64,000 bases of DNA from Utricularia gibba (taxonomy: Eukaryota > Plantae > Magnoliophyta). Position 1 is the first letter of the stretch. The number at the start of each line of letters is the position of its first letter. The position numbers and the translations under genes were made by a program. The notes under the pieces were generated by a model. That model saw only the letters and a list, made by a program, of their open reading frames with translations, did not search any database and was not told where the DNA came from. Of this stretch, positions 39,703 to 51,853 are shown in pieces. The stretch spans positions 744,001-808,000 of the forward strand of contig NEEC01000015.1 of the NCBI GenBank assembly GCA_002189035.1, in the 5' to 3' direction.

Positions 39703-40376
39703 ATGCCGTCTTCTCTGCAGATTCAGAGGATTAGCTCCAGGAGCCCTCGCTTCACGGACCGCCTGGATCTCATGTGGGTTTCTCCGATTTCCCCTGAAAT
39801 TCCCCTGCCGGATGATGTTCGCCGCCGTCACACTCACCTGGTACTGTCTGATTTCGTTTTGATTGATTTCCGCCTCATACGGGTAACCCTTTCTTAATCA
39901 TGTGCCGTTTCTAGGTAATGGAAAACCAGTGCTGCTCCGCGGTGGTGCAGGCGATCGATGCCCCTATCGAGATCGTGTGGTCCTTGGTGCGACGATTCGA
40001 CAACCCACAAGCGTACAAGCATTTTCTCAAAAGTTGCCGAGTGGTTCACGGCGGCGGGGAGGTGGGTACTGTAAGGGAGGTGACGGTCGTCTCCGGGTTG
40101 CCGGCGGGGAGGAGCACGGAGAAGCTGGAGATTCTGGATGATGAGAAGCATGTGATGAGTTTCAGAGTCGTCGGCGGCGATCACCGTCTCCGGAACTACC
40201 GGTCCATCACGACACTCCATGCGGCGGGAGCGGCCGCGACGGTGGTGGTGGAGTCGTATGAGGTGGATGTGCCGGAAGGGAATACGGTAGAGGAGACTCG
40301 TGCCTTTGCGGATACGATCGTGAGATGCAATTTGCAGTCGCTTGCTCAGATCTCTAGAAGTTTGCTCACAAATTGA
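39703..40376 (+). CDS. PYL6: ABA receptor of the PYL4/5/6 clade, 199 aa (exons 39703-39840, 39915-40376)
   Basis: [10 protein letters not shown]...[11 protein letters not shown]|[12 protein letters not shown], gate SGLPA, latch HRL and CNLQSLA. The PYL6 label comes from remembered synteny; the clade assignment is firmer than the ortholog call. Confidence 0.9.
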
Positions 40377-41289
40377 ATTTTCAATATATATATATTTTTT
40401 TGCCAGGCTGTTTAATCCTCATTATCGCATTAAATAGCCGCTTAATACTTCAAAAACAAAAAAAACTAAAAGCATTTTCCTTTCTAATTAAAGGCATTAT
40501 GTTAATAAAAAAAATTTTATTATCTAAATTCTTTCTTCAAAATGAGAAGTATTTTTGTTGAGGAGGCAAATGCCCAACAGTCATCATAAAGCCTTCCATC
40601 AAAATGGACCAGGTCGCAAATTAGGGTAAAGCCCAGTTCGAACAAGTACGAATATTTATACGTTTTTTATATTATATATAAAATAACCATTATCAGATCA
40701 AAATGGGCTGGGCCACCGATGAAAAAGAGTGATCAGCGTGGCCCAATACGCAAATTTTCAATTTCTGTTTTTTCGGTAAATTATTATTATAATTTGATAT
40801 CAATTTGGATCGATTCCGGCAACAATACAATGAAAAAAGCATTAGTGCAACTTGTTTTAGTATGATTTTCTTGGTTAAATTCATGAATTTTTTTATAATG
40901 AATTAAAAAAATATAAATCTTATATTTAATTAATTTTTTTATAATGAAATACAATTTGCTTCTCAACAATAAAAATGAAATAATGTTTGAGAAGAAACTT
41001 GTAGTAATGAGTTTCTGGTTTTCTTTAAAAAAAAAACTAAAATATTAATTATAATAATTCAAAAATAAAGAATAAATTGTGGTTTTTATTTATTTTGTAG
41101 GCAACCCTTGTGCTGGGCACAGAAAACACAACCTACCATCAATGTTTTTTAAAGCAACTATGTAAATGGGGCCGTGAGAATCAAAAAATGCACCAAGTAT
41201 TAACTATTGCCAATACCTAGCTGCCACTAACACGTACGTACGGGTAAAACACAGGTTCGGGTCGGGTCGGCCGACATCTCAGGTTCCGC

Positions 41290-41664
41290 CGCCGTGCGTT
41301 CTCGCAGGAGTGAGCAACCAGTCATGAGAATAAGCTCTAGAACAAGGCGTCACCTTAAAAAAAAACATCGCTACCATAAATCTCATCAGGCAAAGATATA
41401 TCAGGAGGATATTCTTTCTTCTTGCGTATTGCCATCTCTTTTCCTAGTTCCTCCTCCAATTCGAAATCTCCGGCGACCCCGTTCAACAGCATCTCCAACT
41501 TTCTCCTGCTCAACGATTGAGAAGACCAAGGAGCCATCAAATCTCCAGCTCTTTTCCCCTTCGAATACAAAACATCATCATTACCGACGATGACCATGAA
41601 CCGCCGCCGTCGACGCAGTGAAGGGGGGTGGCGCCGCCGGAGCCGGAAGCTCTGTTGACATCAA
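41290..41664 (-). pseudogene. Deleted and frameshifted fragment of the neighbouring TZF gene
   Basis: Collinear with 46370-46822 (cagtcatgagaataagctctagaacaaggc; gagccatcaaatctccagctcttttcccctt; gccggaagctct.ttgacatcaa), with several internal deletions. Confidence 0.88.
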
Positions 41665-42461
41665 TAATATATATTAATTATTATTTATTTGTCATGTGTG
41701 GTTACAAATTCTGACTCAAAGTAGGTTGAAAATTCAAATGTGTATTCATGACTACATATTATTATTATTTTTTACTTGTAGTCTATGAATTTGGAGACAG
41801 CAAAGTGGAAGCGATGTAACGTTCATTATAATTGATTCGATATTCGAAAACGTAAAAAAAAATTAATATAATGATATGTATATTATTAGAATTAAATAAA
41901 AAAATTCATATTAGATTCAGGAAAAGAAATATATTATTTAATAGATAATATCACGCTTAGAAGCATTTTAAAGGAGACCAAAAGTGGAGACCATTATGGA
42001 TTAAGAAGATTTGTAACATCATAATTATTTATTGCATGTATTTTCCATGCAAAAGAATCGATTTTATTGAAATTTGGATAATAATATTGTGGTGAGAAGG
42101 ATTCATCCCCTTATTTAAGTGACTTAGCGCAAGGCATTATGGGAATTAAGAATGCACTAGAATACCATCCAGTTTGTGTCTTCTTGGGATTATTCTCAAT
42201 TCTTCTTAACACCATCCTCCTTCCAAAGGCAGGCAAGTAGATGGAGGTTCATGACGGATGATCAATTTTCTAAATGACGCTATATCATTCTCACTCAATT
42301 TTACAAAGTAGTACTATTCATTCATTCATTTTTTCTTTATTGATAAAAATATTAATTTTTTGTTGGTTTGGTGTTATTTGAAAAGCATAGGTTGGGTGTA
42401 GAAGCAATATTTGGTTCTTGTATATATTATCAAGTACACACAAATATTTGTACAATTTTTA

Positions 42462-42813
42462 CTAATCTTGTTTCTCTTTGTGGGCAGCTGGAGGACGAGA
42501 CCGCGACGTCGCCTTGGGTTCGAAGCGCGTCGTTTGGAAAAGCGCTTCGAAATGCCTGCATCTACAGCAGACGTCCTCTCCGCAGAAGGGGCATCTCCCT
42601 AACTTCTGCGAACACGGCCCACACAGAATGTGGCCGTTCATGCACTGCCAAAAAAAAAAAAAAATTAAGAACACATACACTTGATTTAATAGAAACACAG
42701 CAAAACAAACCCAAAAAACTTACGGAAAAGATGGCCCCTCTGATGGGGCCGTCACAGCAGATCGGGCAGTTGTACATCTTCATGTCAGCCTCGATTAATT
42801 TGTATTCAGCCAT
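42462..42813 (-). CDS. SINA-type RING micro-gene, intact 90 aa (exons 42813-42724, 42644-42462)
   Basis: MAEYKLIEADMKMYNCPICCDGPIRGAIFS|CMNGHILCGPCSQKLGRCPFCGEDVCCRCRHFE..KQD*; complete C3HC4 with the SINA CxNGH signature. Confidence 0.75.
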
Positions 42814-42930
42814 TTACTCTCTGGTACAGTGTTAAATTTCATCAATTACTTCATTTAATATTATTATACTTTAAATTGTTTCAAGTATGAAGAATTAGGC
42901 TACATGAAAATTAACGTGATTTGGAGGGAA

Positions 42931-42950
42931 TATGTATGTATGTATGTATA

Positions 42951-42986
<36 letters not shown>

Positions 42987-43004
42987 TGTATGTATGTATG
43001 TATG
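42931..43004. repeat. (TATG)n/(TA)n microsatellite in the palindrome spacer
   Basis: Direct reading of the sequence. Confidence 0.95.
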
Positions 43005-43317
43005 TACATGCACTTCTACACCCATCACATCACCTCATTCATGATCCTCGAATAATCAAATCGCAAATTGCATGTTACATATTTTTCTTGAATTATTATC
43101 AGAATTTTGAAATTTCCAGAAAATTGATTTTGCAAATATTTCTAAGTCATTATCAATTTTTCTAGAATTATTATAATCTCAGGTGAATTTTGTAATATGT
43201 GTAATTAAAGTGCAATGTTGTTAAAAAGCACGACTTTTTCATACTATAGATCTTACTTCTACAACTCTATATAATAAACAAGCTGGTGATGAAATTTAAC
43301 ACTGTACCAGAGAGTAA

Positions 43318-43669
43318 ATGGCTGAATACAAATTAATCGAGGCTGACATGAAGATGTACAACTGCCCGATCTGCTGTGACGGCCCCATCAGAGGGGCCAT
43401 CTTTTCCGTAAGTTTTTTGGGTTTGTTTTGCTGTGTTTCTATTAAATCAAGTGTATGTGTTCTTAATTTTTTTTTTTTTTTGGCAGTGCATGAACGGCCA
43501 CATTCTGTGTGGGCCGTGTTCGCAGAAGTTAGGGAGATGCCCCTTCTGCGGAGAGGACGTCTGCTGTAGATGCAGGCATTTCGAAGCGCTTTTCCAAACG
43601 ACGCGCTTCGAACCCAAGGCGACGTCGCGGTCTCGTCCTCCAGCTGCCCACAAAGAGAAGCAAGATTAA
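43318..43669 (+). CDS. SINA-type RING micro-gene, intact 90 aa (exons 43318-43407, 43487-43669)
   Basis: Protein identical to the 42813-42462 copy; GT-AG intron of 79 bp; family TATA at 43268-43274. Confidence 0.8.
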
Positions 43670-45413
43670 ATATTGTATAATTATACAAAATAATTTATTA
43701 TACTTTATTGTAAAGAAGGTGAATTAGCGATGGTGTTAAGAATTAAGGAGCCCCAGCCCATCACAATTTTCAATTTCTGTTTTATCGGGAAATTAATATT
43801 ATAAATTGATATCAATTAAATCAATCCAACGAAAACCAGAAAGATGAATAACACAATCCACTCAATCCTGGCCCTCCATTACCGCGAGATGTTTCCCTCA
43901 ATGAAAATCCTAGTGCAACTATACCTACTTCATGTGAGTCCAAGGCCTCGACGAGTGTTTTAAAATAATGGGTTTTTTTTTATGAATTCAATTTAACAAT
44001 TTTTATATAAATCGAAAAATTATTTAAAAAAATTAAAAATATTACATTTAATTAATCTTATAATTTGCTTCACCACAATTATTTCGTCTTGTTATGAAAA
44101 TATGAAATATGAATAAAAGGAAATAGTTGGCGAAAAGAAAATTGTTCTAATCAGATTCTGTGAGCAATATTTTAAAAACGTGTTCAATTCATGATTTGAA
44201 TTAGTGATCCCTACGGTTAAATTGGATTCCTTAATTTTTTATTATATACAATAAAAATAATTGTTTAGACAAACCGTTATTTTAAAATATGGACGGCTGT
44301 AGTCGTTAACTTTCTAGTCATAGAATGGTAGTGGATCATTGATACGAACCCAATTTCACGTTCGGCCCGATCCACCTAAAGAAGGCCCACCGTAAAATCC
44401 ATAGAGCCGTTGGATGACGTAATTATGGGATGAGCCCTTCCTTTGCATAAACCCCGTCTGCCACTTGAATACGGATTGATGTACGTGCATAGTCGATACT
44501 TGTGATTAGAACACGCAAAAACAAATTCAAAAATTTTGGTGAACTGAAAATCCCAAGGAAAATTGAGAATACTCAGATATGCCAAATAAATTGATCTAAT
44601 TAAAAATGAATGAACAAATGTAACAAACATCAATATAACAATATTATTCATTTTAGATATTTAATTTTCATTGTTTTATATTTGGTATTTTCAATTTTCA
44701 TCCTCAAATTACTCTAGATTAAATATATTTAATTTTGAAATTCCTATCAATAACTTTTCACCATACTCAGAAAATAGATCTCTGCATAGTCATTTTATTC
44801 AATTTTATCATTTCTCATACATGAATTCACTTAGACCATCCTTTCTCGTGCAGGGCATCGGATTCGAAGCATGAATGATTGAGGCCTAGTTCGATATTTC
44901 TATAAATAAGTTTAAACAATGTAGAACCAAAATTAGTTTTTTTATTAAATAATAAATCTCACATTCTAATAAATCATGGAGAGGAGGAAGCTTCCAACTG
45001 CCAATTCATGGGATAACCCTAATAATGTACACGTGTTTAGTATTAGGATGGCAGGCTGGACCCCACCTAAGTAAACATGTCGACACATTAGATGACATTA
45101 AAATCTAATTAAAAAGTGAGAATTAATTAGTATTTAAGTGTAATTATTATAGATGAGAAGATAATAGTGAGAAAATAAGGAATATGAATAAATGGAATAA
45201 TTTTTTAAAAGAAGATTTTAGTAATCGAATTTATATCGTGGCTGCTTTCTAAAAACAATAATTCAATGAGAAAAAATAAATCAGCTTGGAGGTGGCGCGG
45301 CCGGTTAGTTCCCGGGATGACGGCGGAGGCCATGATGATCTGCTTACGCGGCTGCTTCCGCCGCTCTATTTACATTTCTCGACGTGCCACCATGTTATCA
45401 AGGGGGGTCTCCT

Positions 45414-47126
45414 TCACCAGTAGACTTCTGGGTCATCCATGTTCGGAGTCAGCATTGTGTTTCTGGCGTGAAATCCATTCTCGCTACGGATTCCGAAAGA
45501 TGGAGATTTCTTGAGCTTAGTCGCATCGTCGCCATTGAATCGCCAGTCCAGCTTCCCATCCGGAGATCCCCACTCGGATGGAATTGAGTGCACGGGGGAA
45601 TTGGCTGAGCATGAGAGGGAATAGCGGCCGGGATCGATGAAGCTCTGACTTCGTTTGGACAGAGCTGAAGATCTTGAATTCAAGATGGCGGCCGCCATTG
45701 CTGAGGAAGAGTCGAAAGCATAGTTTCTTGGTTGTGCAGATGAGATGCTTGAGGGAAAGCTCGATCGGAGGTGGTTCATGTTCTGCCGGTATGCTGGAGA
45801 TTGCACCTGAGGGGACGAGTTGGAGCTGAATTTTGGAGATAATCCCTGCATCTGTGAGATCAGAGACTGGTCATACGAACCAAAAAGTTCATCAAGATTG
45901 CCTTGCTTCAGCTCTCCCCCAGCTCCCATTCTGCTGTATGGAGAAGAGATGTTCCCCATTTCCTCGAATCCCAGAACTTTCATATCTAAATCCGCATCCC
46001 TTGCACTCAGGGTCGCCTTCAATCGGCTCCCCGGAAGCTGCAGAGCCGGAGGAGTGGTATTGATCTTGCTCTGCCAGAGCGAACCCCCTACGATCGGAGA
46101 CGAACCTGGTGAACCAAGAGGCAGTTGACTCAAATCCAAACCAGTAGAGGCGTACGACTGCCGGAGCTCTTCGGGCTTGTGAGCGAAGAAGCAAACTTTC
46201 CTCGAGCAACCAGTTTCATCCTTACAGAGACGTGTTCTGTATTGAGCGGGATGAAGCCATGATTCGAAAACACCATGAGCATATTCACAGTTGTCTCCTT
46301 TCACGCAAGTTCCCTTCTTGAATTCAGGACAAGGAACACAACTATAATGATACTTCCTCAGATCCCGGCGCCGTGCGTTCTCGCCGGGGTGAACAAACGG
46401 ACACTCCGTCCAGTCATGAGAATAAGCTCTAGAACAAGGCTTCACCTTAAAACTGTACATTCTGAACTCATCAGTGCCATAAATCCCATCGTTTATATCA
46501 GGCAAGGATATGTCAAAAGGATATTCTTTCTTCTTCTGTATTGCTATTTCTTCTTCTGCTTCCTCCTCCTCGTCCAATTCGCAATCGCCGGCGACCCCAT
46601 TCAACAGCATCTCCAACTTTTTCCTGCTCAACAATTGAGAAGACCTTTTCACACAAGGAGCCATCAAATCTCCAGCTCTTTTCCCCTTCAAATCCAAAGC
46701 GTCAACATCACCCGCGGCGTTGATCAGAATATTAACGACCTCCAAGGATGACCACGAACCGCCTGCGGCGGCGCAATGAAGGGCGGTGGCGCCGTCGGAG
46801 CCGGAAGCTCTATTGACATCAACTTTGCCTGATTCAACTAAATATTTGAGAATCGATAAGCTCCCATATAAAGACGCAACCATGAGAGGGGTTCTTTCTT
46901 CAAACCCCATCCTGTTTGAACCTAACCTTCTACAGTACCAAAATCCCATTTCATCTAAAGAAGAACCCATCTCGATTTCATGGAGAAACCCTGACAGATC
47001 ATCAAACGCAGCTAATTCAAGCAAAACAGTGCAATATTTCCGAGCTTCTCCCCCTTGTTCAACTTGAAATTCAGCCTCCATCTCCGAATTATAACCGTTG
47101 CTTTCACTCTTCCCACCTCCACACAT
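45414..47126 (-). CDS. CZF1: Ankyrin-repeat tandem CCCH zinc-finger protein (CZF1/SZF-type TZF), intronless
   Basis: [57 protein letters not shown] and [26 protein letters not shown] likely 1-bp loss at the stop would extend it to [15 protein letters not shown]. Confidence 0.93.
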   Translation of the reverse strand: MCGGGKSESNGYNSEMEAEFQVEQGGEARKYCTVLLELAAFDDLSGFLHEIEMGSSLDEMGFWYCRRLGSNRMGFEERTPLMVASLYGSLSILKYLVESGKVDVNRASGSDGATALHCAAAGGSWSSLEVVNILINAAGDVDALDLKGKRAGDLMAPCVKRSSQLLSRKKLEMLLNGVAGDCELDEEEEAEEEIAIQKKKEYPFDISLPDINDGIYGTDEFRMYSFKVKPCSRAYSHDWTECPFVHPGENARRRDLRKYHYSCVPCPEFKKGTCVKGDNCEYAHGVFESWLHPAQYRTRLCKDETGCSRKVCFFAHKPEELRQSYASTGLDLSQLPLGSPGSSPIVGGSLWQSKINTTPPALQLPGSRLKATLSARDADLDMKVLGFEEMGNISSPYSRMGAGGELKQGNLDELFGSYDQSLISQMQGLSPKFSSNSSPQVQSPAYRQNMNHLRSSFPSSISSAQPRNYAFDSSSAMAAAILNSRSSALSKRSQSFIDPGRYSLSCSANSPVHSIPSEWGSPDGKLDWRFNGDDATKLKKSPSFGIRSENGFHARNTMLTPNMDDPEVYW

Positions 47127-48576
47127 GAGAATCTGGAACGGAAACAAGGAATCGAAAACTAATCACCGCCATATCTACAGCAAAACAAAAAAATCGAAAA
47201 TTTCCATACAAAAGAAAATCCCAGTTGCCCAAAAAGGTCTACAGGATCAAAAATAAAAACCCAGATCACAAAAACAAGAATTGACGACAAGTCGCCGAGA
47301 AACAAACAGGGAAAACAAAACCCACCTCAACTACCAACCAAACAACTACGCACAAAAAAACGGAATCTGAGAAACCAAAAGCTTCGCCCTTCTCACCTCT
47401 CACCAACGAAGACTAAAAGCTCTGAATCTACCACGAAAAAAGCTTTGAACAGAGAATAAATGCCCCGATGTTCACACCTTCACAGTGCAGCCCAAGTTTG
47501 AGAAAAAAAAAAAGCGAAGACTTTAGAGGTACGCGTGAGAGGGGAAGGGCGACTTTTCCTCTCCATTTCTTTATTTTAATGCCGGTTTCCTCCTTTTTTT
47601 TTAAATAATATTTTTAATACCTTTCTATCCTAGAAAATTTTGAAAAGTCTTTCCTTCCTAGGAGTAAAATTTTATTTTATTTCATATGGCCCTTTGGATA
47701 TTAATAAAAATTCAAAAACACTTCCTTTTCCATTCCACAAAGTACACGAGTTCCATTAATCCTTATCATTAATTACTAAATAAGATACTTTCTATAAAAA
47801 TCTTGCACAAGATTCGGATAAACTTTTTGCATGTATTGTTGATTCTGACGTCAGCATCATGTTTCTGTCCAAACTTGGCAAAGGGATAAGAATTGAACAA
47901 TGGACCGACCATGTAGAGTTTGTAATTTTGGCTGTCGTGGCATTTTATTTCGTATTTTGAGAAGCAATAAATAAAGAAAATGATTTATTTAATTAAATTA
48001 AACACCTCCCAAAATGGGGTATAAATGATTATAGATAAGATTTTCTAAAAATGAAATATTGGTTAAATGTAGTTATTAGAAAATGAAGTGCGTCGAAAAT
48101 TACTAGACAAACACCATTTGGGTTTGACAACTTTAGTCAAAAATGGACGGCGAGGGAGACCACGAAATGGACGGCTGCAGATCGGGTCACTTTTGCTTAA
48201 CGGATTCCATCGCACGCATGCATCTTCCATCATAATAAAATTATTATCATCATGACCCCTCATCTCCCCCGACTTTTACTTTTCCTCCACACACGTTTTT
48301 AAATTTTATAATATAATTTACGTTACTTATTATTAGTAATTAAAAAATGATAAAAATGGAAGACATGGTGATTCGAAGAATGAATGATCAATAATTAGGT
48401 TGTAATAAGTTTTAAGTTTATATTAAAATTGTATAACTAATTCCATAGGATTTGAATGAGAATGATTGTAATTTTAAAATAATAATAGAAATGGCTTTTA
48501 ATTTTTTTAAATATAAACAATTTTTGTAAATTCCGGGTTCTAGAATGTACGCTCATCTCTTTGGTTAACAAGGAGG

Positions 48577-51176
48577 TTACTTTTCCTCAAAACTGGCATC
48601 GTATCGGGTCTCAAACCAGGGGTGGCGCAGCGCTTCCTCCGCCGTCGGCCTTTTCCGTGGATTGACCTCCAGCAAGCACCGCAGGAAATCAAGGAAACCG
48701 GCGTCTGAGATCTGGAGATGCTTCTCCAGAGACGATGCCTCAGGGACGACGTATTCGAGCTCGTCTGTTTCCTGAGGGCATGATTAATTCTTTCAATCAG
48801 GAAGCTCTCACGAATGAAAGAGTTAAGGTTAGGTTTCGAAGATGTCACCTCGCTTAGGAAATAGAGATCGTAGTCATCTGTGAAGTACTTGTGTGTATAT
48901 TGGCCGTTCTGCAGCATGTCTGGTTCCATAGGACCAAGAATTCCGATCATCTGTGCGAGGATAACCGCAACCGCCTCGTTTGCGAAGAGCACCTGGAAGG
49001 CATACTAGTATTAATGATGAACCATATGGATTTCCCATATGAATGTGGATGTAGTAGCTACCTCGCCGGAATACAGCTCTGCTAAAATGCAGCCGATGGA
49101 CCAAAGGTCGATCTTTTGGTCATAGGGGAGGCCTAAAATAATCTCTGGTGCTCTGTAAGAGCGGGATTGTATGTACATTGAAGGACTGTCTGTGAGAAAA
49201 CAACTGCTTCCAAGATCAATAATTTTTATCTCACATCTCCGGTAACTTTTGATGAGAATGTTTTCAGGCTTCAGATCACAATGGATGATGCCCAGACCAT
49301 GAAGGTAGGTCAGTGCTTCTAGACATTGCCTGGTAATTGCCTGTACACAAGCACACGATAAACTCAAATTTTCTGACATTTGTATGGGATGTGATAAGTG
49401 AATTACCTGAAGCCTCTGCATGGTGAAATATGGCTCTCCACCTGATTCCTTGTTGAACTTCTGAAATTCGTATAGGTTTTCTCCCAGAAGCTCGGTGACA
49501 ATAAACAGGTGTTCCTGCAAAAAGTAAAAGGAAATTGAGAGGCTTTCGTACATGTCACTGATGTCTTGACTGAAATCCAGCAGTTTTCGCTACCTGAAAG
49601 TAGAAGTAATCGTAAAGACGCAGAACATGGTATGCGTCATACGGATCATTCTTATTCACGAACTTGAGTAGTTTGATTTCATCCAAGCTCTGATCGAAGA
49701 AGTCCTTGTTATTTTTTATGATTTTCAGGCAAACATCTAGCCCCAGATGAAGATCATGAGCTTGGACCACTTTGCTGAATGCTGCGGCGCCAAGGAATTC
49801 CATGACAAAATATCTACATGCTATAATGCTATTGATCACGATGGGGAAATCCTTGTTCTCCTCGAACCCGGTCCTGTGAATGAACAGCTCAAGTAACTAA
49901 AACATCACATACAGCCAACATGAGAGCATGAGCAGTGCCTTGCTTACCTATTTTTTCTGTGTATGATTCTTAAGTCAAATTCCTCATAATCATCATCATC
50001 ATCATCATCATTTTTATTGTATATCAGAAGCTCGTCAGAAGAACAAACTCCCTCATCTTTTGGCTCTGTGTCAGGCTCATGCCGCTCTCTTCCATTCACC
50101 TCACTTGGTGGAGAGTCGGAGCCCTCATTCACACTGGACCGCATCTCATTTAAACTTGCATCGACTACAAGAGAATTGACAACATTTCTGTTCGAATTAC
50201 ATCTATACAGATTCCCAGCTTCATGTTCTTCGGAATTACTCTGATAAACCAGTATCCCATCATTACAACAAGCACAAAGAGGGGATGAACACCTGTAGTC
50301 ATCCAGATGTTCACCAAGCATCTCATCATTTTCTTGGAGCAGAAAATGTTCTTCCAAGTCAAAGTAATCAGTGAAAGCATGCTCCTTCAACTCCTTTCTC
50401 AAGTTTAATGGCAACGGATCTTGTACATCCTCTCTGGTTCTTTCGGGAAAGACAGTATTCCACAATGGGTCCTCACTCCCCTCCACTTTCATTGTCATAA
50501 CAGACTTATCCTCACTTAGATCACCACCGATTTCTCTACCTACAAAGAGAGTTGGCATAGCATAGTCTTCATCCCTCTCTTTATACCAGAGATGATCATT
50601 TTGCATATCAAAATCAGGAATATCCCTTGCTGTTCCGAACTGAGACATCCCATCGGACGAAGCTTGAGACGGTTGGCAAGTATCATGAACCCCATATGGA
50701 TTTATGAATTCTGGAAATTGCAGAGATGCAAGGGCAATTAGGATTTGGTAAAACTGGCAGAGAAACATCTCTTAAGTGGCTGTGTGAGATAAGCAGTTTC
50801 TATCATAAGGAATGGATCTCCAAAAAAACAGCTGGCGAATTAAAAACTAACAAACGAGAGTTATAGTGAAGGAAAACAAAATGAGTACCGGAAGAGCATA
50901 AACCAGTAGCCGAAGAGCCCAAACTCAGAAACTCTTCCTCTGACGAACCATCTAAGTTCGAATTAAGTTCCCCGGCGGCTGACCTCTCCGTGACAATGGA
51001 ATCCGGAGCGGTGGAGGCGGTTTCGCTACAGGAAAACTGAATCTCTCGGAAAAAGAAGCACTCGGATCAGATTTCTCCAAGACATCCACCATAAGCGCTG
51101 ATTCGCTCTCAGATAAGCGATTCCTCCGCAAGAACTCCAATACCGCCTCCAACTCAATCTCGGCCGCTTGAGCCAT
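48577..51176 (-). CDS. DYRK-related Ser/Thr protein kinase, multi-exon; apparent 1-bp frameshift at 50970-50973
   Basis: LEAVLEFLRRN, FLGAAAFSKVVQAHD, IIHCDLKPENILIKS, IQSRSYRAPE and RPTAEEALRHPWF. Confidence 0.88.
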
Positions 51177-51853
51177 GAGGAAAAGGCCTTCCTTCACCAC
51201 AAAACAGACTCAAGTGAACGCCGCGATTTCATGGGTACTTCGGGGCACCCTCTCTGGAGCTTCAAATCGGTGATCGGCAATTTGCATCCGCATATTTGAT
51301 CGCCGCTGTCTCTCTCGCTAGAAAGGTGTGTATTGCATTTCAAGCTTCTTTGCTCGTGGAGACTGGAGAGCGGAGGCGACGGAAAGAGAGAGGACTCGAT
51401 CTACACAGCGACACATCGTTTCTCTTTTTTCTTTTATTTTAATTACTTTACGTATTTAAAATGATTGAATTTTGAAAATAGATCGACAGTTGAAATTTTC
51501 CGGCGGCTAAAATATGGAGATACACGTGGCACAAAACAAGGCCGATCGCTATTGAGGCCCATAAAATTCCCAAGCTCAATTATGTGGAGCCGGCCCATAT
51601 TAAAAAACGATTTAATAAAAATCCTGGATAAATTGGATAATGGTTCAATCCAAAGCATTACAGAGGCCATTCGAGGCTCGGAGCGTGCGTCTCACGCAAG
51701 TTCCATGACCGCTGACTGGTTCTCGTTCTTTTCGTCCAATCGGGTGGACGCTGAATCATTCTTTGACTGTTTCGATTGACTCAATTCCGACACAGGAGCG
51801 ACAAACTTCTACCCCCATCGCGGCGGCATTCTTCGACGGAAGTTGGTGTTGAG

